31,516 bases of DNA, taken from positions 1 to 31,516 of the IMG/VR virus record IMGVR_UViG_3300049009_000481. The stretch is one strand, 5' to 3'. The stretch is from a virus. Lineage: Duplodnaviria; Caudoviricetes. Under the pieces are notes generated by a model. The model did no database searches and was not told where the DNA came from. It saw only the letters and a program-made list of their open reading frames with translations. Both the position numbers and the translations under genes were made by a program. This document shows, one piece after another, positions 17,112-27,378 of this stretch. Every line of letters starts with the position of its first letter. The first letter of the stretch is position 1.

Positions 17112-17321
17112 ATGTCCGAAAGTATCGTAGTTCGCACGAACGCAATGCCCGACGATCTGACTGCAGGCGAGTTGTACCAACTCATGCTGTCCGTTCTTGT
17201 CGACCTTGCCGCACTTCGCACCGCACTCAACGCTCACACCCACGGCGGTATCACTACCGGCTCGGGTACATCTGGTGTGGCTAACGCCAGCACCATGGGC
17301 ACCCTCAACACTCTTGCTTAA
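17112..17321 (+). CDS. small virion protein (69 aa, helix + HTHGG)
   Basis: AAGGA SD; directly after the MCP. Confidence 0.75.
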   Translation: MSESIVVRTNAMPDDLTAGELYQLMLSVLVDLAALRTALNAHTHGGITTGSGTSGVANASTMGTLNTLA

Positions 17322-17333
17322 AGGAATACCTCC

Positions 17334-17762
17334 ATGTCATACAACATCGAACAATCGAACAGCGGCTACCTGTCGTTGGCCGCCGCCGGCTTGGCTGCAG
17401 GTACCAACACTGGTACTTTCAAAACTGCCGCCACGCTGCCTTTCGTCAGCAACGGCATTTTCAAATCCAAGTCTGCAACTGACAACCTGACATTCTCGAC
17501 CAGCACTGCGCTGGCCGCGAACCAGGCTTGCTTGTTTGCCGTGTGGATTAACGCTGCCGGTACTGTGACAACCACCCAAGGCCCTATCGTGGCTTCTGGT
17601 GATCCTTGCCCAGTGCCTTCTCAATCTACCGCCGGCACATCGCTGGTTGGTTTGATCAAGGTCGTGACGACCGCTGTCTTTACTCCTGGCACTACTGCCT
17701 TGGGTACCGGCAACACCGCCACTTACCTCGACTGCATGGACATGCCTGGCTCTGCCCAGTAA
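17334..17762 (+). CDS. putative capsid decoration protein
   Basis: Beta-rich T/A/G composition; head-operon position; strong SD. Confidence 0.65.
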   Translation: MSYNIEQSNSGYLSLAAAGLAAGTNTGTFKTAATLPFVSNGIFKSKSATDNLTFSTSTALAANQACLFAVWINAAGTVTTTQGPIVASGDPCPVPSQSTAGTSLVGLIKVVTTAVFTPGTTALGTGNTATYLDCMDMPGSAQ

Positions 17763-17789
17763 GTTGCCATCCTCTTCTTAGAGGCTTTT

Positions 17790-17819
17790 AGCTGGGGGGC
17801 TTCGGCCCCCTAGTTTTTT
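17790..17819 (+). terminator. intrinsic terminator ending the capsid operon
   Basis: AGCTGGGGGGC-ttcg-GCCCCCTAGTT-TTTT (cUUCGg loop). Confidence 0.85.
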
Positions 17820-17855
17820 GGCAAACCCCCTTTTGTAAAACCTGGAGAATTGAAG

Positions 17856-18281
17856 ATGGCAAAAAATAAAGATTCCGCAATTGGCTTAGAAATCATTGAC
17901 GACACACCGATCGTTGAAACAGTGGCCGAGTCTCGCGACTTTCGGCAGCTGGCTGCGGACGAAGCGTTCATGCACGAAATGGTTGAAGTGCTGGTTCACG
18001 CCACCACCGACGAAAACCAATCACCCAGCGTGATCGTCAACTGCAACGGTACAAACCAAGTGATCATTCGTGGCGTGCCCGTGATGATCCGTCGCAAGTA
18101 TCTGGAAATCTTGGCCCGCATGAAGGAAACCAAGTACAGCCAGGTCACGCGCAATGCGTCTGCACCGGACCAGATCGACATGATCGCGCGCCACGGCTTG
18201 GCTTATCCGTTTGAGTTGCTGAACGACAGCAACCCGCGCGGCCGCGCTTGGTTGCAAAACGTGTTGGCTGAACCCGCGTAA
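17856..18281 (+). CDS. conserved hypothetical protein accompanying N4-gp56-type capsids
   Basis: VNCNG..IIRGVPV.I.RKYLEILAR; GGAG SD favours ATG 17856. Confidence 0.8.
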   Translation: MAKNKDSAIGLEIIDDTPIVETVAESRDFRQLAADEAFMHEMVEVLVHATTDENQSPSVIVNCNGTNQVIIRGVPVMIRRKYLEILARMKETKYSQVTRNASAPDQIDMIARHGLAYPFELLNDSNPRGRAWLQNVLAEPA

Positions 18282-18294
18282 TCGGGGGCCGCCA

Positions 18295-18987
18295 ATGAAC
18301 TTCCTTCAACTGATCAATCGCGCCAGGGTGGAGTGCGGCGTCTCTGGCGCAAGCACCCCGCTTACAAGCACTGACAACCTGACCGGCGAAGCTGCGCGCA
18401 TTGCCGCTTGGGTTAACACTGCCTGGGTCGATTTGCAAACAGAGAAGGAAGACTGGCAGTGGATGCGGGACACGTTCCAATTCAACACGGCCACGCAGCA
18501 GCAAATCTACACCCCCACCGATACTGGTGTGGGGTCTACTTTTGGCAACTGGAAACGCGATAGCTTTCGCGTCTCCTCCGTTGGCCAACAGTACAAAGAC
18601 GAGCAGCTGACAAACTACATGGACTGGACCACGTTCCGGAACTTGTACATCTATTCCAACATGCGCTACACGTATTCGCGGCCTGTCGTGGTCTCGATCG
18701 ATCCTGACAAGAACCTTGCGTTCGGCGCGATACCCGATCAGCCCTACGTCATCGTGGGCGAATACTACACAGCTCCTGTCGAGTTTTCGGCAGCGACTGA
18801 TGCACCGTCTTCGGTGTTTCCATCCCGCTTTCACATGCTGATCGTTTACCGCACCATGATGTTTTATGGCGGCTACGAATCAGCACCCGAGGTCTATCAG
18901 CGCGGCGAGTTTGAATACAAGCGCCTGATGAATCGTTTGACAATCGATCAGCTGCCGACCTTGGTCAGCGGCCCACCTCTCGCCTAA
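18295..18987 (+). CDS. head-tail adaptor protein
   Basis: MNFLQLINR..W.W..P.PD..Y..PSRFHMLIVY pattern of podovirus adaptors. Confidence 0.8.
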   Translation: MNFLQLINRARVECGVSGASTPLTSTDNLTGEAARIAAWVNTAWVDLQTEKEDWQWMRDTFQFNTATQQQIYTPTDTGVGSTFGNWKRDSFRVSSVGQQYKDEQLTNYMDWTTFRNLYIYSNMRYTYSRPVVVSIDPDKNLAFGAIPDQPYVIVGEYYTAPVEFSAATDAPSSVFPSRFHMLIVYRTMMFYGGYESAPEVYQRGEFEYKRLMNRLTIDQLPTLVSGPPLA

Positions 18988-18991
18988 AACG

Positions 18992-21037
18992 ATGCAGCTG
19001 ACCACGCCACCCGTCAAGTACGACATCATCCGCCTCAATGGCGGCATGGATCAGGTCACGCCAACGCTGTCCCTGGCAGCCGGCGTGGCGCGTCGGGCAG
19101 CCAACTTCGAGTGCTCAATCACTGGCGGCTATTCACGCATCGCTGGATATGAGCGTTTTGATGGCCGGCCTAGTCCTTCGGCTGCGGTGTACAACATTTT
19201 GGTGTGCGCCTTGACTGGCACGGTGGCCGTGGGTAACACGATCGTTGGTCAGTCTTCGGCAGCCACCGGCCGGGTAATCGCGCGGACCGGGCTCAACGTG
19301 ATCATCACGCGCGAAACCGGAGTCTTTGTGGACGGCGAAGGTCTTACGGTCAGCTCGACGCCCGTGGGCGCTATCACCTTGGTTCAAGGTGCAGAGTCTG
19401 ACGGATTGCTGGACTCGACCTACCGCAACCTGGCCGCCGACAGTTACCGCGCTGACATCGGCCTAGTGCCTGGCTCAGGTAAGGTCCTGGGCGTTGGTTA
19501 CTACAACGGTGTCGGCTATGCCTGGCGCAACAACACCGATGGCACAGCTGCCCTGATGTACAAGTCAAGCAGCTCTGGTTGGACGCTGATTGATCTGGGC
19601 AAAACGATGTCGTTCAACATCGGAACAGTTGAGATCACAGCCGGCATGACTGTCAATGGTTTGACCAGCGGCGCAACGGCTGTCGTCACAAAGGTCGTGC
19701 TGGAAGCAGGCACTTGGGCCAGTGGTGATGCACGCGGTCAGCTTCTTGTAAGTACGGTCACCGGTACTTTTTTACCGGCTGAGGTTCTTCGAGTCGGTAC
19801 TACCGCTCAAGCCCTGGTTTCATCGGCTCCAGCCAGTATCGTGCTGGCCCCAGGCGGCCGCTACGAGACCGTGGTGGCCAACTTTGGCGGTGGCACAGCC
19901 AATTACAAGATGTATGGTTGCGATGGCAAGAACAACGCCTTTGAATTCGATGGCACGATTTACGTGCCCATCCGCACGGGCATGGCCGTTGACACGCCTG
20001 AGCACATCGCTTTTCACAAGCAGCATCTATTCCTAACCTTTGGCGCGTCCTTGCAGTTTAGCGCCCTGGGATTCCCTTACTCGTGGGTGCCTTTGCTGGG
20101 CGCAGGCGAAATCTCTATGAATGGCCCGGTCACAAACCTTTTGATCTTGCCAGGCAACCAGGCCAGCGGCGCGCTGGGCGTCTATACCCGCCAAGATACC
20201 TCAGTGCTGTACGGCACCAGCTCTTCGACTTTTCAGCTGTCCGCGTTCAATACCGGCACGGGGGCGTACCCCTACACTGCGCAGAACTTGGACCAGGCCT
20301 ACGTGCTTGACGACCGAGGTGTGATCAGCATGAATACGTCGCTGCAGTTCGGCAACTTCGTGCCCGCATCGCTGACCATGAATATTCGGCCCTTTATCCA
20401 AGCGCATCGCGAGCTGGCGATCGGCAGTTCAGTCAACCGCGACAAAGGCCAATACCGCATTTTCTTCTCTGACGGCTCGGCTCTTTATCTAACGATCAGC
20501 AACGGCAACATGATGGGCAGCATGCCTGTACAGTTTGCCCACGGCATCAATTGCTGCATCGATGGCGAAGGCCCCGGCGGTGGCACGGTGCAGTTCTTTG
20601 GTTCTGACAACGGCTACGTCTATCAGATGGACCTGGGTACAAGTTTCGATGGCGAACCTATTGCGGCCAACATCAACTTGGTGTTTAATCCGACAGGCTC
20701 TCCCCGCATTCTCAAACGCTACCGCAAGGCCAGCATGGAAGTGACGGGTGACTCTTACGCTGAAGTGCAATTCGGCTATGACTTGGGTTACCGCACGGGA
20801 GCCCTTACCCAACCTTCCGACACCACGTATTCCACCGACCTGCGTTCCAGCTATTGGGACGACATGATCTGGGACAACTTTATCTGGGACGGTTCGGATG
20901 TCACCCCGACAGAAGTCGAGGTCACAGGCACCGCCGAGAACATGTCCATTCGGATTGCGTCCACGTCTGATCTTTTCCAGCCTTTCACGGTGAACAGTGT
21001 CATCGTTCACTACACCATGCGCCGAGGACTTCGATGA
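18992..21037 (+). CDS. tail nozzle / DNA stabilisation protein
   Basis: GGMDQVTP N-terminus, beta-propeller-like body, LKRYRK near C-terminus; follows the adaptor. Confidence 0.75.
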   Translation: MQLTTPPVKYDIIRLNGGMDQVTPTLSLAAGVARRAANFECSITGGYSRIAGYERFDGRPSPSAAVYNILVCALTGTVAVGNTIVGQSSAATGRVIARTGLNVIITRETGVFVDGEGLTVSSTPVGAITLVQGAESDGLLDSTYRNLAADSYRADIGLVPGSGKVLGVGYYNGVGYAWRNNTDGTAALMYKSSSSGWTLIDLGKTMSFNIGTVEITAGMTVNGLTSGATAVVTKVVLEAGTWASGDARGQLLVSTVTGTFLPAEVLRVGTTAQALVSSAPASIVLAPGGRYETVVANFGGGTANYKMYGCDGKNNAFEFDGTIYVPIRTGMAVDTPEHIAFHKQHLFLTFGASLQFSALGFPYSWVPLLGAGEISMNGPVTNLLILPGNQASGALGVYTRQDTSVLYGTSSSTFQLSAFNTGTGAYPYTAQNLDQAYVLDDRGVISMNTSLQFGNFVPASLTMNIRPFIQAHRELAIGSSVNRDKGQYRIFFSDGSALYLTISNGNMMGSMPVQFAHGINCCIDGEGPGGGTVQFFGSDNGYVYQMDLGTSFDGEPIAANINLVFNPTGSPRILKRYRKASMEVTGDSYAEVQFGYDLGYRTGALTQPSDTTYSTDLRSSYWDDMIWDNFIWDGSDVTPTEVEVTGTAENMSIRIASTSDLFQPFTVNSVIVHYTMRRGLR

Positions 21038-23004
21038 GCAATTCCTACTACAACCACACCACGTACCCGACGCCCAACTCGCCAGGCTCGTCCGCCCAGA
21101 TGCGGGCGCAGTTTGACCTGGTCACAGCCGGCTTTGCCCTGCTGCCCACGCTGGCTGGCAACGGTTATAAAGTGGCCATGGTAGCCGCCGACGGCTCCAC
21201 CTTGGTGGCCTCGTCTGCGCTGCAGGCTCTTGCAATTACATCCAGCGCAATCGACAGCACGCCCATCGGCGTGACAACACCGGCCGCTGGCCGCTTTGCC
21301 GGCTTAACCGTGACCTCGGGCTCCGCTGCTCTGGGCACTGCGGTGACCATCGGCGGCGGTGTAATCGACAACACCGTCATCGGCAATACCACTCGCGCGG
21401 CCGGCTTCTTCACAACCCTGGCCGCCAACGCCGGGATCACGGGAAATCTGACCGGTAACGTGACCGGCAGTGTGACCGGCCCGGTGACTGGCGCAGTGAC
21501 CGGCGACGTGACCGGCAATGTGACCGCAGCCAGCGGAACCTCTTCATTCAACAACGTGACGATCAACGGCACGTTGGATATGAACTCGTCTACGGGCAGT
21601 TCGATTACCGGTTTGAGCACTCCGACCGGTGACACCGACGCGACCAACAAAGCCTACGTTGACAGCCTGGTCCAGGGTCTGGATGCCAAAGCCTCTTGCC
21701 GCGTAGCTACCACCGCCAGCATCACCTTGAGTGGAACGCAAACTATCGATGGCGTGGCTGTGATCGCAGGAGATCGTGTGCTGGTCAAGAACCAAGGCAC
21801 AGATTCACAGAACGGCATTTATGTTGTGTCGGCCAGCAGCTGGGCGCGATCGACCGACGCCGACACTTGGACCGAGCTGGTCGCCGCCTTCACGTTTGTG
21901 GAGCAGGGCACGGCCAACGCCAACAACGGCTATACCTGCACGGTGACTGCAGGCGGTACGCTGGGCAGCACCTCAGTGCCTTGGGTCCAGTTCTCCGGTG
22001 CAGGCCAGATCACGGCTGGCGCGGGTATGACGAAGACGGGCAATACCCTGAACGTCGGCACCGCATCCACTTCGCGCATTGTGGTAAACACCGATGACAT
22101 CGACCTGGCCGCCTCGGGTGTCACGACCGGCACTTACGCTGGACTGACAGTTGATAGTTATGGCCGAGTGACGTCCGCTTCGGCGCTGACCACTTTGTCG
22201 GCCTATGGCATCACCAACGCCTACACCAAGACCGAAATAGATTCGATCTTTGGGAGCACGACTGCCGCAGCGGCTTCGGCTACCGCCGCAGCCACCAGCG
22301 CCACCAACGCAAGCAACAGTGCCACGGCCGCAGCAGGAAGCGCCACAGCAGCCTCCGGCAGCGCGACCAGTGCCTTGGGTTACCTGAACACTTTTAAGGG
22401 TCAGTACTACGGCTCCCTGGCTTCTGATCCAACACTGGACCCTTTGGGCGCAGCGATGACGGCCGGTGATCTGTATTTCAACACCACGGTGTTGGGCATG
22501 AAGGTCTATACCGGGTCGGCTTGGCTGTTAGCGTACTTGCCATCAACGGGCTACCTGGCCTTGTCCGGTGGCACGATGACCGGCGCGATAACTTTTGCTG
22601 GTGCCCAGACCTGGCCAACCTTTAATCAAAGCACAACTGGCACAGCGGCCGGTTTGTCCGCTACGTTGGCAGTCGCCTCGGGCGGCACAGGCGTAACAAC
22701 TTCAACGGGTACAGGCTCGGTTGTTCTTTCTACAAGTCCAACGCTTGTAACTCCTTTGCTTGGAACGCCAACATCGGGCAACTTCAGCACAGGCACATTC
22801 ACCTGGCCCACATTCAATCAAAGCACAACTGGCACAGCGGCCGGTTTGTCCGCTACGTTGGTTGTAGGTTCTGGCGGCACGGGATTGACCGCTACAGGCC
22901 CTTCTGGTAACGTGCTCACATCGAACGGTACAAACTGGATCAGTGCATCAGCTCCGGTGACTGGCCCCTCGGCGTCAGAAGTCTATTACATGGCCCAATT
23001 CTAA
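21034..23004 (+). CDS. tail fibre protein
   Basis: GxVT repeats, DATNKAYVD, ITLSGTQTIDGV..GDRVLVKNQ..QNGIY domain, Ala/Ser linker, GGTG repeats. Confidence 0.85.
   Translation: MSNSYYNHTTYPTPNSPGSSAQMRAQFDLVTAGFALLPTLAGNGYKVAMVAADGSTLVASSALQALAITSSAIDSTPIGVTTPAAGRFAGLTVTSGSAALGTAVTIGGGVIDNTVIGNTTRAAGFFTTLAANAGITGNLTGNVTGSVTGPVTGAVTGDVTGNVTAASGTSSFNNVTINGTLDMNSSTGSSITGLSTPTGDTDATNKAYVDSLVQGLDAKASCRVATTASITLSGTQTIDGVAVIAGDRVLVKNQGTDSQNGIYVVSASSWARSTDADTWTELVAAFTFVEQGTANANNGYTCTVTAGGTLGSTSVPWVQFSGAGQITAGAGMTKTGNTLNVGTASTSRIVVNTDDIDLAASGVTTGTYAGLTVDSYGRVTSASALTTLSAYGITNAYTKTEIDSIFGSTTAAAASATAAATSATNASNSATAAAGSATAASGSATSALGYLNTFKGQYYGSLASDPTLDPLGAAMTAGDLYFNTTVLGMKVYTGSAWLLAYLPSTGYLALSGGTMTGAITFAGAQTWPTFNQSTTGTAAGLSATLAVASGGTGVTTSTGTGSVVLSTSPTLVTPLLGTPTSGNFSTGTFTWPTFNQSTTGTAAGLSATLVVGSGGTGLTATGPSGNVLTSNGTNWISASAPVTGPSASEVYYMAQF
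21442..21525 (+). repeat. 12-bp in-frame tandem repeat (GxVT x7)
   Basis: GNLTGNVTGSVTGPVTGAVTGDVTGNVT; recurring GTGACCGG. Confidence 0.8.
22624..22861 (+). repeat. identical 46-bp direct repeat (22624-22669 and 22816-22861)
   Basis: AATCAAAGCACAACTGGCACAGCGGCCGGTTTGTCCGCTACGTTGG twice, 192 nt apart. Confidence 0.9.
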
Positions 23005-23013
23005 GGAACTAAC

Positions 23014-23322
23014 ATGGCATCAGGAACACTAGGTCAGGCATCACTGGCTGCAGCAACAAACACCACGGTCTATACCGTTGGTGCGACTCCAACTGTGCTG
23101 AATGCAGAGATGGTCAATACGACAGGCTATATGGTCGCTGTCAATTTATCAGTGTCGGCATCTGCCACTCCTGCAGCCAGTGAATATTTGGAATATCAAA
23201 CAATAATTCCAGCATATGGTGTTCTTGAGCGGGGAGGGATTGTGGCCACATCAGGAAAACTCATAGTCGCTTTCTCAACCGTTGCAGGGGTCGCTGTCAA
23301 CATTTATGGATACGAGGGTTAA
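23014..23322 (+). CDS. small tail-fibre-associated beta protein (102 aa)
   Basis: LAAATNTTVYTV..YLEY..VLERGGIV..YGYE; TAAGGA SD. Confidence 0.75.
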   Translation: MASGTLGQASLAAATNTTVYTVGATPTVLNAEMVNTTGYMVAVNLSVSASATPAASEYLEYQTIIPAYGVLERGGIVATSGKLIVAFSTVAGVAVNIYGYEG

Positions 23323-23324
23323 AA

Positions 23325-26087
23325 ATGTCACGTAACGCACCAACACTTCCAGTCAATTCATCGACTGCCAATGCCGTCACAGTACCATCCACAACAGGTT
23401 TTATTGCTGGCGATTACATTTATAACCAAAATGGTAACTTTTCAGCTATTCCGGGAAACATTGTTTCATCTGCAACTTTTCCCATTACTGGCAGCAACAT
23501 GGTCAATTACTCCGGAATGTCTGGTGGTATTGCAGCCGTATGGAATTCAGTAGGAGCCGCAAAACTACAAAGAATGTCAGCAGTCTTGACAAACGGTAAC
23601 GTGGTTACAGTTTCATCTAACGGCATCACCAATTATCCAAGATTTAGAATTGATACGCCAGCCAATGTGAACGTAGTTGGGCCAACCAATATTTCGACAA
23701 CTTTTAATACAAATGGCGGAATGATTGGTGTACTGGCCTTGTCGGGTGGTGGCTTTGTTGTGTATTGGAACAACACTGGTACTGGCACAGTTAACGCAAC
23801 GGCATATGCAATTTACTCCAACACCGGATCAGTAGTGACCGCAGCCTTGGTCGATGCGGCATCACCCATCATGGATACCGCCAACAGCCATATGAACGGC
23901 ATCGCTTTGCCCAACGGTGGTTTTGTTCTGGTTTCGAGTATCTCCACCACTTCGGTCGTCCAATACAGAATTTACGGTTCTACAGGAACTGGTTTATATG
24001 CATGGACGGCCTTGACGGCTTGCATCAACGCTACGTCATCTATTGGAATTTCAGCTCGTAGCGATAGCAGCTTTTGCATTTCTTATCGGTCTACCAGCAC
24101 CCTTCAGACATATACAATTATTAGCGCAACCAACACATCACTTGTAGGCGTCACCACTTTTACAGTAGTCACAGGCTCCAGTGTTTACGCCGCGTCTGTT
24201 ACTACATTGTCAAATGATACTTTTGCAATTAGTTATACCTCAAGCTCAAACGCTGGATTTAGATTATTGCCAACCGGAAACACTTTAGGGTCTGAGGTTT
24301 TGGTAGCATTTTCAACTAATCCAAGAGCCGGTAGTATTTGCTATTGCAACAGCGTGTTAAGTTTGGCAGCAGGAAATTTTGTATTTGCTTTTGTTGACAA
24401 TAGAAATAATATTAATTATGCATTTTATTCAAACACGGGCACTTTATTATCAGCTACGCAACTAATGGTTGAGTCTACCTTTAATGGATCTGGCGCATAT
24501 ACTGAAATAAGCCTTATTGAATTAACTTCCACTGTTAATATATATTTCCCAAATGGTTCAGTATATTCAAGCAATCTTGGTTTAACAACTTCATATTTTG
24601 CAATTAATAAAACAACATTTGCTCCTGTATATTTGGGAACTACAACTACAAGCGCAGTATCCAATATCTCAGCTCCAGTAAGCGGATACGCTCGTGCTGT
24701 ATCGACTCCTGGTGCTTCTGGATTTCTTGCATCAGCCAATCAAACCTTGACGTATAGTGTTGTTCAAACATCAGGAAATTTGACATCAACTGCAATTAAT
24801 AATACTTCACCTACTGCATATTGTTGTGCTTTATTGAATGGGTCTGGATTTGCAGTAGCAACATGTTCAACGTCGACCAACGTATCAATTTTCATATATA
24901 GCATCACAGGTGTTTTACAAAGAACTATTACTACTTCCATTTTAGGCACAAACCCCGGAGGTTTAAGATTGGCATGTATGACAAGTGGAAATATTGTTTT
25001 GTCAGTTGGGAAAACAAATTCAGTAATGTCAATTTACTCGCCCACTACCGGAGCATTAATTTCTACAAATACCATTACAAATACATATAGTGTAGCTAAT
25101 GGAGGTACATACACTCAAGGATTATGTGGAATTTCCGGAGATCGGTTTGTTTTTTATTATAATGATATAAGTACTAGTTTTGGAAAAGTTGCAATATTTG
25201 ATAATACATGTACTTTACTTAATTCATATTCTGATATTAATTCGTATTCTGTGACGCAAAATTGCGTTTCATCATCTTTAACAACTTCTGGTTTTTGGAT
25301 TTCTGGATTTTCTTCCACTGTTGGTGGTTATCCTGTTACTTATTTTTATCAAGACTTAGGAGGAAATTCTTTTTCTGGGGTTTCTAATTTAAATTTTTCT
25401 GGTCAAACAACGCAGTTGTCTAACTCACAATCAGTTTGCTTAAGCAATGGAGTATTTGTCTGCATGGGAGCTAATGCAAGCAGTTTCTATTTGAATACTC
25501 CATGCGCTTTTGCAGCCAGCGGCTCTACCTTGAATGCAAGTGACGGCGTAGTTTTTAACACCATGACGCATGGATTGAGCTGCAATTCATTTGGATCTCC
25601 TGTAGCAATCTCTATGGTCGCGGGCAATACTACTGGTGGATTGGGATATTTGTATGTTGGTTCTGCTGGTGGAGCTTTGAGCCAAACCACCCTAAACAAT
25701 TTATCAACCTCGTCCGATCCACAGCCATCTTTGGCCGCTTTGTATGATGGCACTATGGCGTTGGTATGGGTAGACTCTTCCTTGATTGCAAGGTTTGCCA
25801 TTATCAATACAGCCACGCTGTCTTATTCCGCAACACTTGTTTCCGGTACGACGCCATCGAATACTGTTTTTAACCCAAGTCCAGCCAATGGATACACCCT
25901 TGCTGGCATTTCTACTACCGCTTCTATCGCAGGCGGAACCGGAATAATTCAAAATAATGGACTCGCAAAATTGAATTCAAACTATAACGCTTCTCAGTCC
26001 ACCATTGCTTTTGATACTACTAACCCAACCACTGTTGGCGTCAAAGGCTTGGTGAATGGACTCAACGTACTCATGCAAGGAAACTAA
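23325..26087 (+). CDS. putative receptor-binding protein with beta-propeller-like repeats (920 aa)
   Basis: Roughly 50-aa repeats ALSGGGFVVYW, LPNGGFVLV, LSNDTFAISY etc.; S/T/N-rich; AT-rich DNA. Confidence 0.7.
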   Translation: MSRNAPTLPVNSSTANAVTVPSTTGFIAGDYIYNQNGNFSAIPGNIVSSATFPITGSNMVNYSGMSGGIAAVWNSVGAAKLQRMSAVLTNGNVVTVSSNGITNYPRFRIDTPANVNVVGPTNISTTFNTNGGMIGVLALSGGGFVVYWNNTGTGTVNATAYAIYSNTGSVVTAALVDAASPIMDTANSHMNGIALPNGGFVLVSSISTTSVVQYRIYGSTGTGLYAWTALTACINATSSIGISARSDSSFCISYRSTSTLQTYTIISATNTSLVGVTTFTVVTGSSVYAASVTTLSNDTFAISYTSSSNAGFRLLPTGNTLGSEVLVAFSTNPRAGSICYCNSVLSLAAGNFVFAFVDNRNNINYAFYSNTGTLLSATQLMVESTFNGSGAYTEISLIELTSTVNIYFPNGSVYSSNLGLTTSYFAINKTTFAPVYLGTTTTSAVSNISAPVSGYARAVSTPGASGFLASANQTLTYSVVQTSGNLTSTAINNTSPTAYCCALLNGSGFAVATCSTSTNVSIFIYSITGVLQRTITTSILGTNPGGLRLACMTSGNIVLSVGKTNSVMSIYSPTTGALISTNTITNTYSVANGGTYTQGLCGISGDRFVFYYNDISTSFGKVAIFDNTCTLLNSYSDINSYSVTQNCVSSSLTTSGFWISGFSSTVGGYPVTYFYQDLGGNSFSGVSNLNFSGQTTQLSNSQSVCLSNGVFVCMGANASSFYLNTPCAFAASGSTLNASDGVVFNTMTHGLSCNSFGSPVAISMVAGNTTGGLGYLYVGSAGGALSQTTLNNLSTSSDPQPSLAALYDGTMALVWVDSSLIARFAIINTATLSYSATLVSGTTPSNTVFNPSPANGYTLAGISTTASIAGGTGIIQNNGLAKLNSNYNASQSTIAFDTTNPTTVGVKGLVNGLNVLMQGN

Positions 26088-26088
26088 A

Positions 26089-26946
26089 ATGTCAATTCCA
26101 GCAACATCCACTCAAATCACTAATCCAATTTCAGGAGCATTTGGCACTGGTCAAGTCCAAATTTTTACATCCTCTGGTCTTTGGACAATTCCATCTGGTA
26201 TTGGAAAGTGTCGAGTTCGAGTATGGGGCTCAGGTGGCCCGTACAATTCCAATGCTAGCAATTATGGGGGTGGCGGTGGAGGCGGATTTGCGATGAAAAC
26301 CATTTATGGTTTTGATGGCATCACCAGCGTGGGCGTAACTGTTGGAACAAGTGTAGGTTCAGTTGCTAATTCAACCACTGGCGCGGTTACTGCGGGTGGA
26401 AGCTCTTCATTTGGCTCTTATGTATCTGCTACTGGAGGTTCTGGTGGAGGCACGGATGCCACTCAAAACATTGGCGGTACTGGAGTTGGCGGAGATGTGA
26501 ATTATGCCGGTGGCTTAGGCGCCTGGAGTAGCTCAACTTCGGGAGCTGGAGGAGGTGGCTGTGCCAGTATTTTTGGCAATGGTGGAAATGGAGGATCCTC
26601 AGGAACAAATGGATTTCCAGGTAAAGGTGGCGCAGGCGGAGGAACCGGAGTTAACACCATATCGGCTTTTGGTGTAGGAGGTTCTGGAGGGTTTGGAAAT
26701 CCTGGAGGAATTTTCTATACAACTGCGACGGGATCCGCCATTGCTTTTAGCCAGTCTACATCTGGATTTTTTGGCACTTCATTTTCATTGGATTTAATTG
26801 GTGTTGGCGGCGGAGGTGGCTATCAAGTACCTGCTGTTAATGGCGGGGGTGGCTCCTACACTGCGCCATCTGGATTCCCTGGTGGTGGCAATGGTTATGC
26901 TTCAACCGGAATTCCAGGAACTGGCTTAGTAATTGTGGAGTATTAA
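26089..26946 (+). CDS. glycine-rich domain tail protein
   Basis: QIFTSSGLWTIPSG..GGGGGGG..GGSSSFGSYVSATGG..GLVIVEY. Confidence 0.85.
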   Translation: MSIPATSTQITNPISGAFGTGQVQIFTSSGLWTIPSGIGKCRVRVWGSGGPYNSNASNYGGGGGGGFAMKTIYGFDGITSVGVTVGTSVGSVANSTTGAVTAGGSSSFGSYVSATGGSGGGTDATQNIGGTGVGGDVNYAGGLGAWSSSTSGAGGGGCASIFGNGGNGGSSGTNGFPGKGGAGGGTGVNTISAFGVGGSGGFGNPGGIFYTTATGSAIAFSQSTSGFFGTSFSLDLIGVGGGGGYQVPAVNGGGGSYTAPSGFPGGGNGYASTGIPGTGLVIVEY

Positions 26947-26947
26947 A

Positions 26948-27151
26948 ATGAAATACGCACGCATTCATAACGACGCAGTAGTTGAAATCTGCACCCCGAT
27001 TGATGGCTTTACCGTTGAGGAATGCTTCCATATCGACTTGGTCGACAAGATGATTCCTTGTGGCGATGACGTCCAGCCCGGTTGGACTGTCGTTGACGGC
27101 GTCCTGAAGGCCCCCGTGGTGGTTGAGACGGTCGAGACAGCCGCAGAATAA
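26948..27151 (+). CDS. tail-fibre assembly-like small protein
   Basis: MKYARI..VVE..VQPGW..DG; follows the Gly-rich gene. Confidence 0.7.
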   Translation: MKYARIHNDAVVEICTPIDGFTVEECFHIDLVDKMIPCGDDVQPGWTVVDGVLKAPVVVETVETAAE

Positions 27152-27153
27152 AC

Positions 27154-27378
27154 ATGGATAACCAACAGCTCTTTAACCTGGTAGTCAGCGTGGCCGGATT
27201 CTTCGCTATCTATGTGTTCAACTCCACGACCGCCAAAATCCAGAAACTGGAAGACAAGGTCAACGAGCTGCCGCATAACTATGTAGCCAAAGACGATTAC
27301 CGCGCTGACATCTCTGAAATCAAACAAATCTTGAAACAGATCTTTGACAAGCTCGATGGTAAGGCCGACAAACCATGA
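27154..27378 (+). CDS. N-terminal TM + coiled-coil protein, holin-like
   Basis: One TM then LPHNYVAKDDYRADI..IFDKLDGKADK; first gene of the lysis region. Confidence 0.65.
   Translation: MDNQQLFNLVVSVAGFFAIYVFNSTTAKIQKLEDKVNELPHNYVAKDDYRADISEIKQILKQIFDKLDGKADKP

Noticed and set aside
17050-17112. Capsid stop-codon readthrough or frameshift extension
   Set aside because: Tandem TAA TGA stops, no slippery sequence, and the next gene has its own SD
22624-22861. Direct repeat as a DGR template/variable pair
   Set aside because: Copies are identical with no adenine-specific mismatches, and there is no reverse transcriptase in the window
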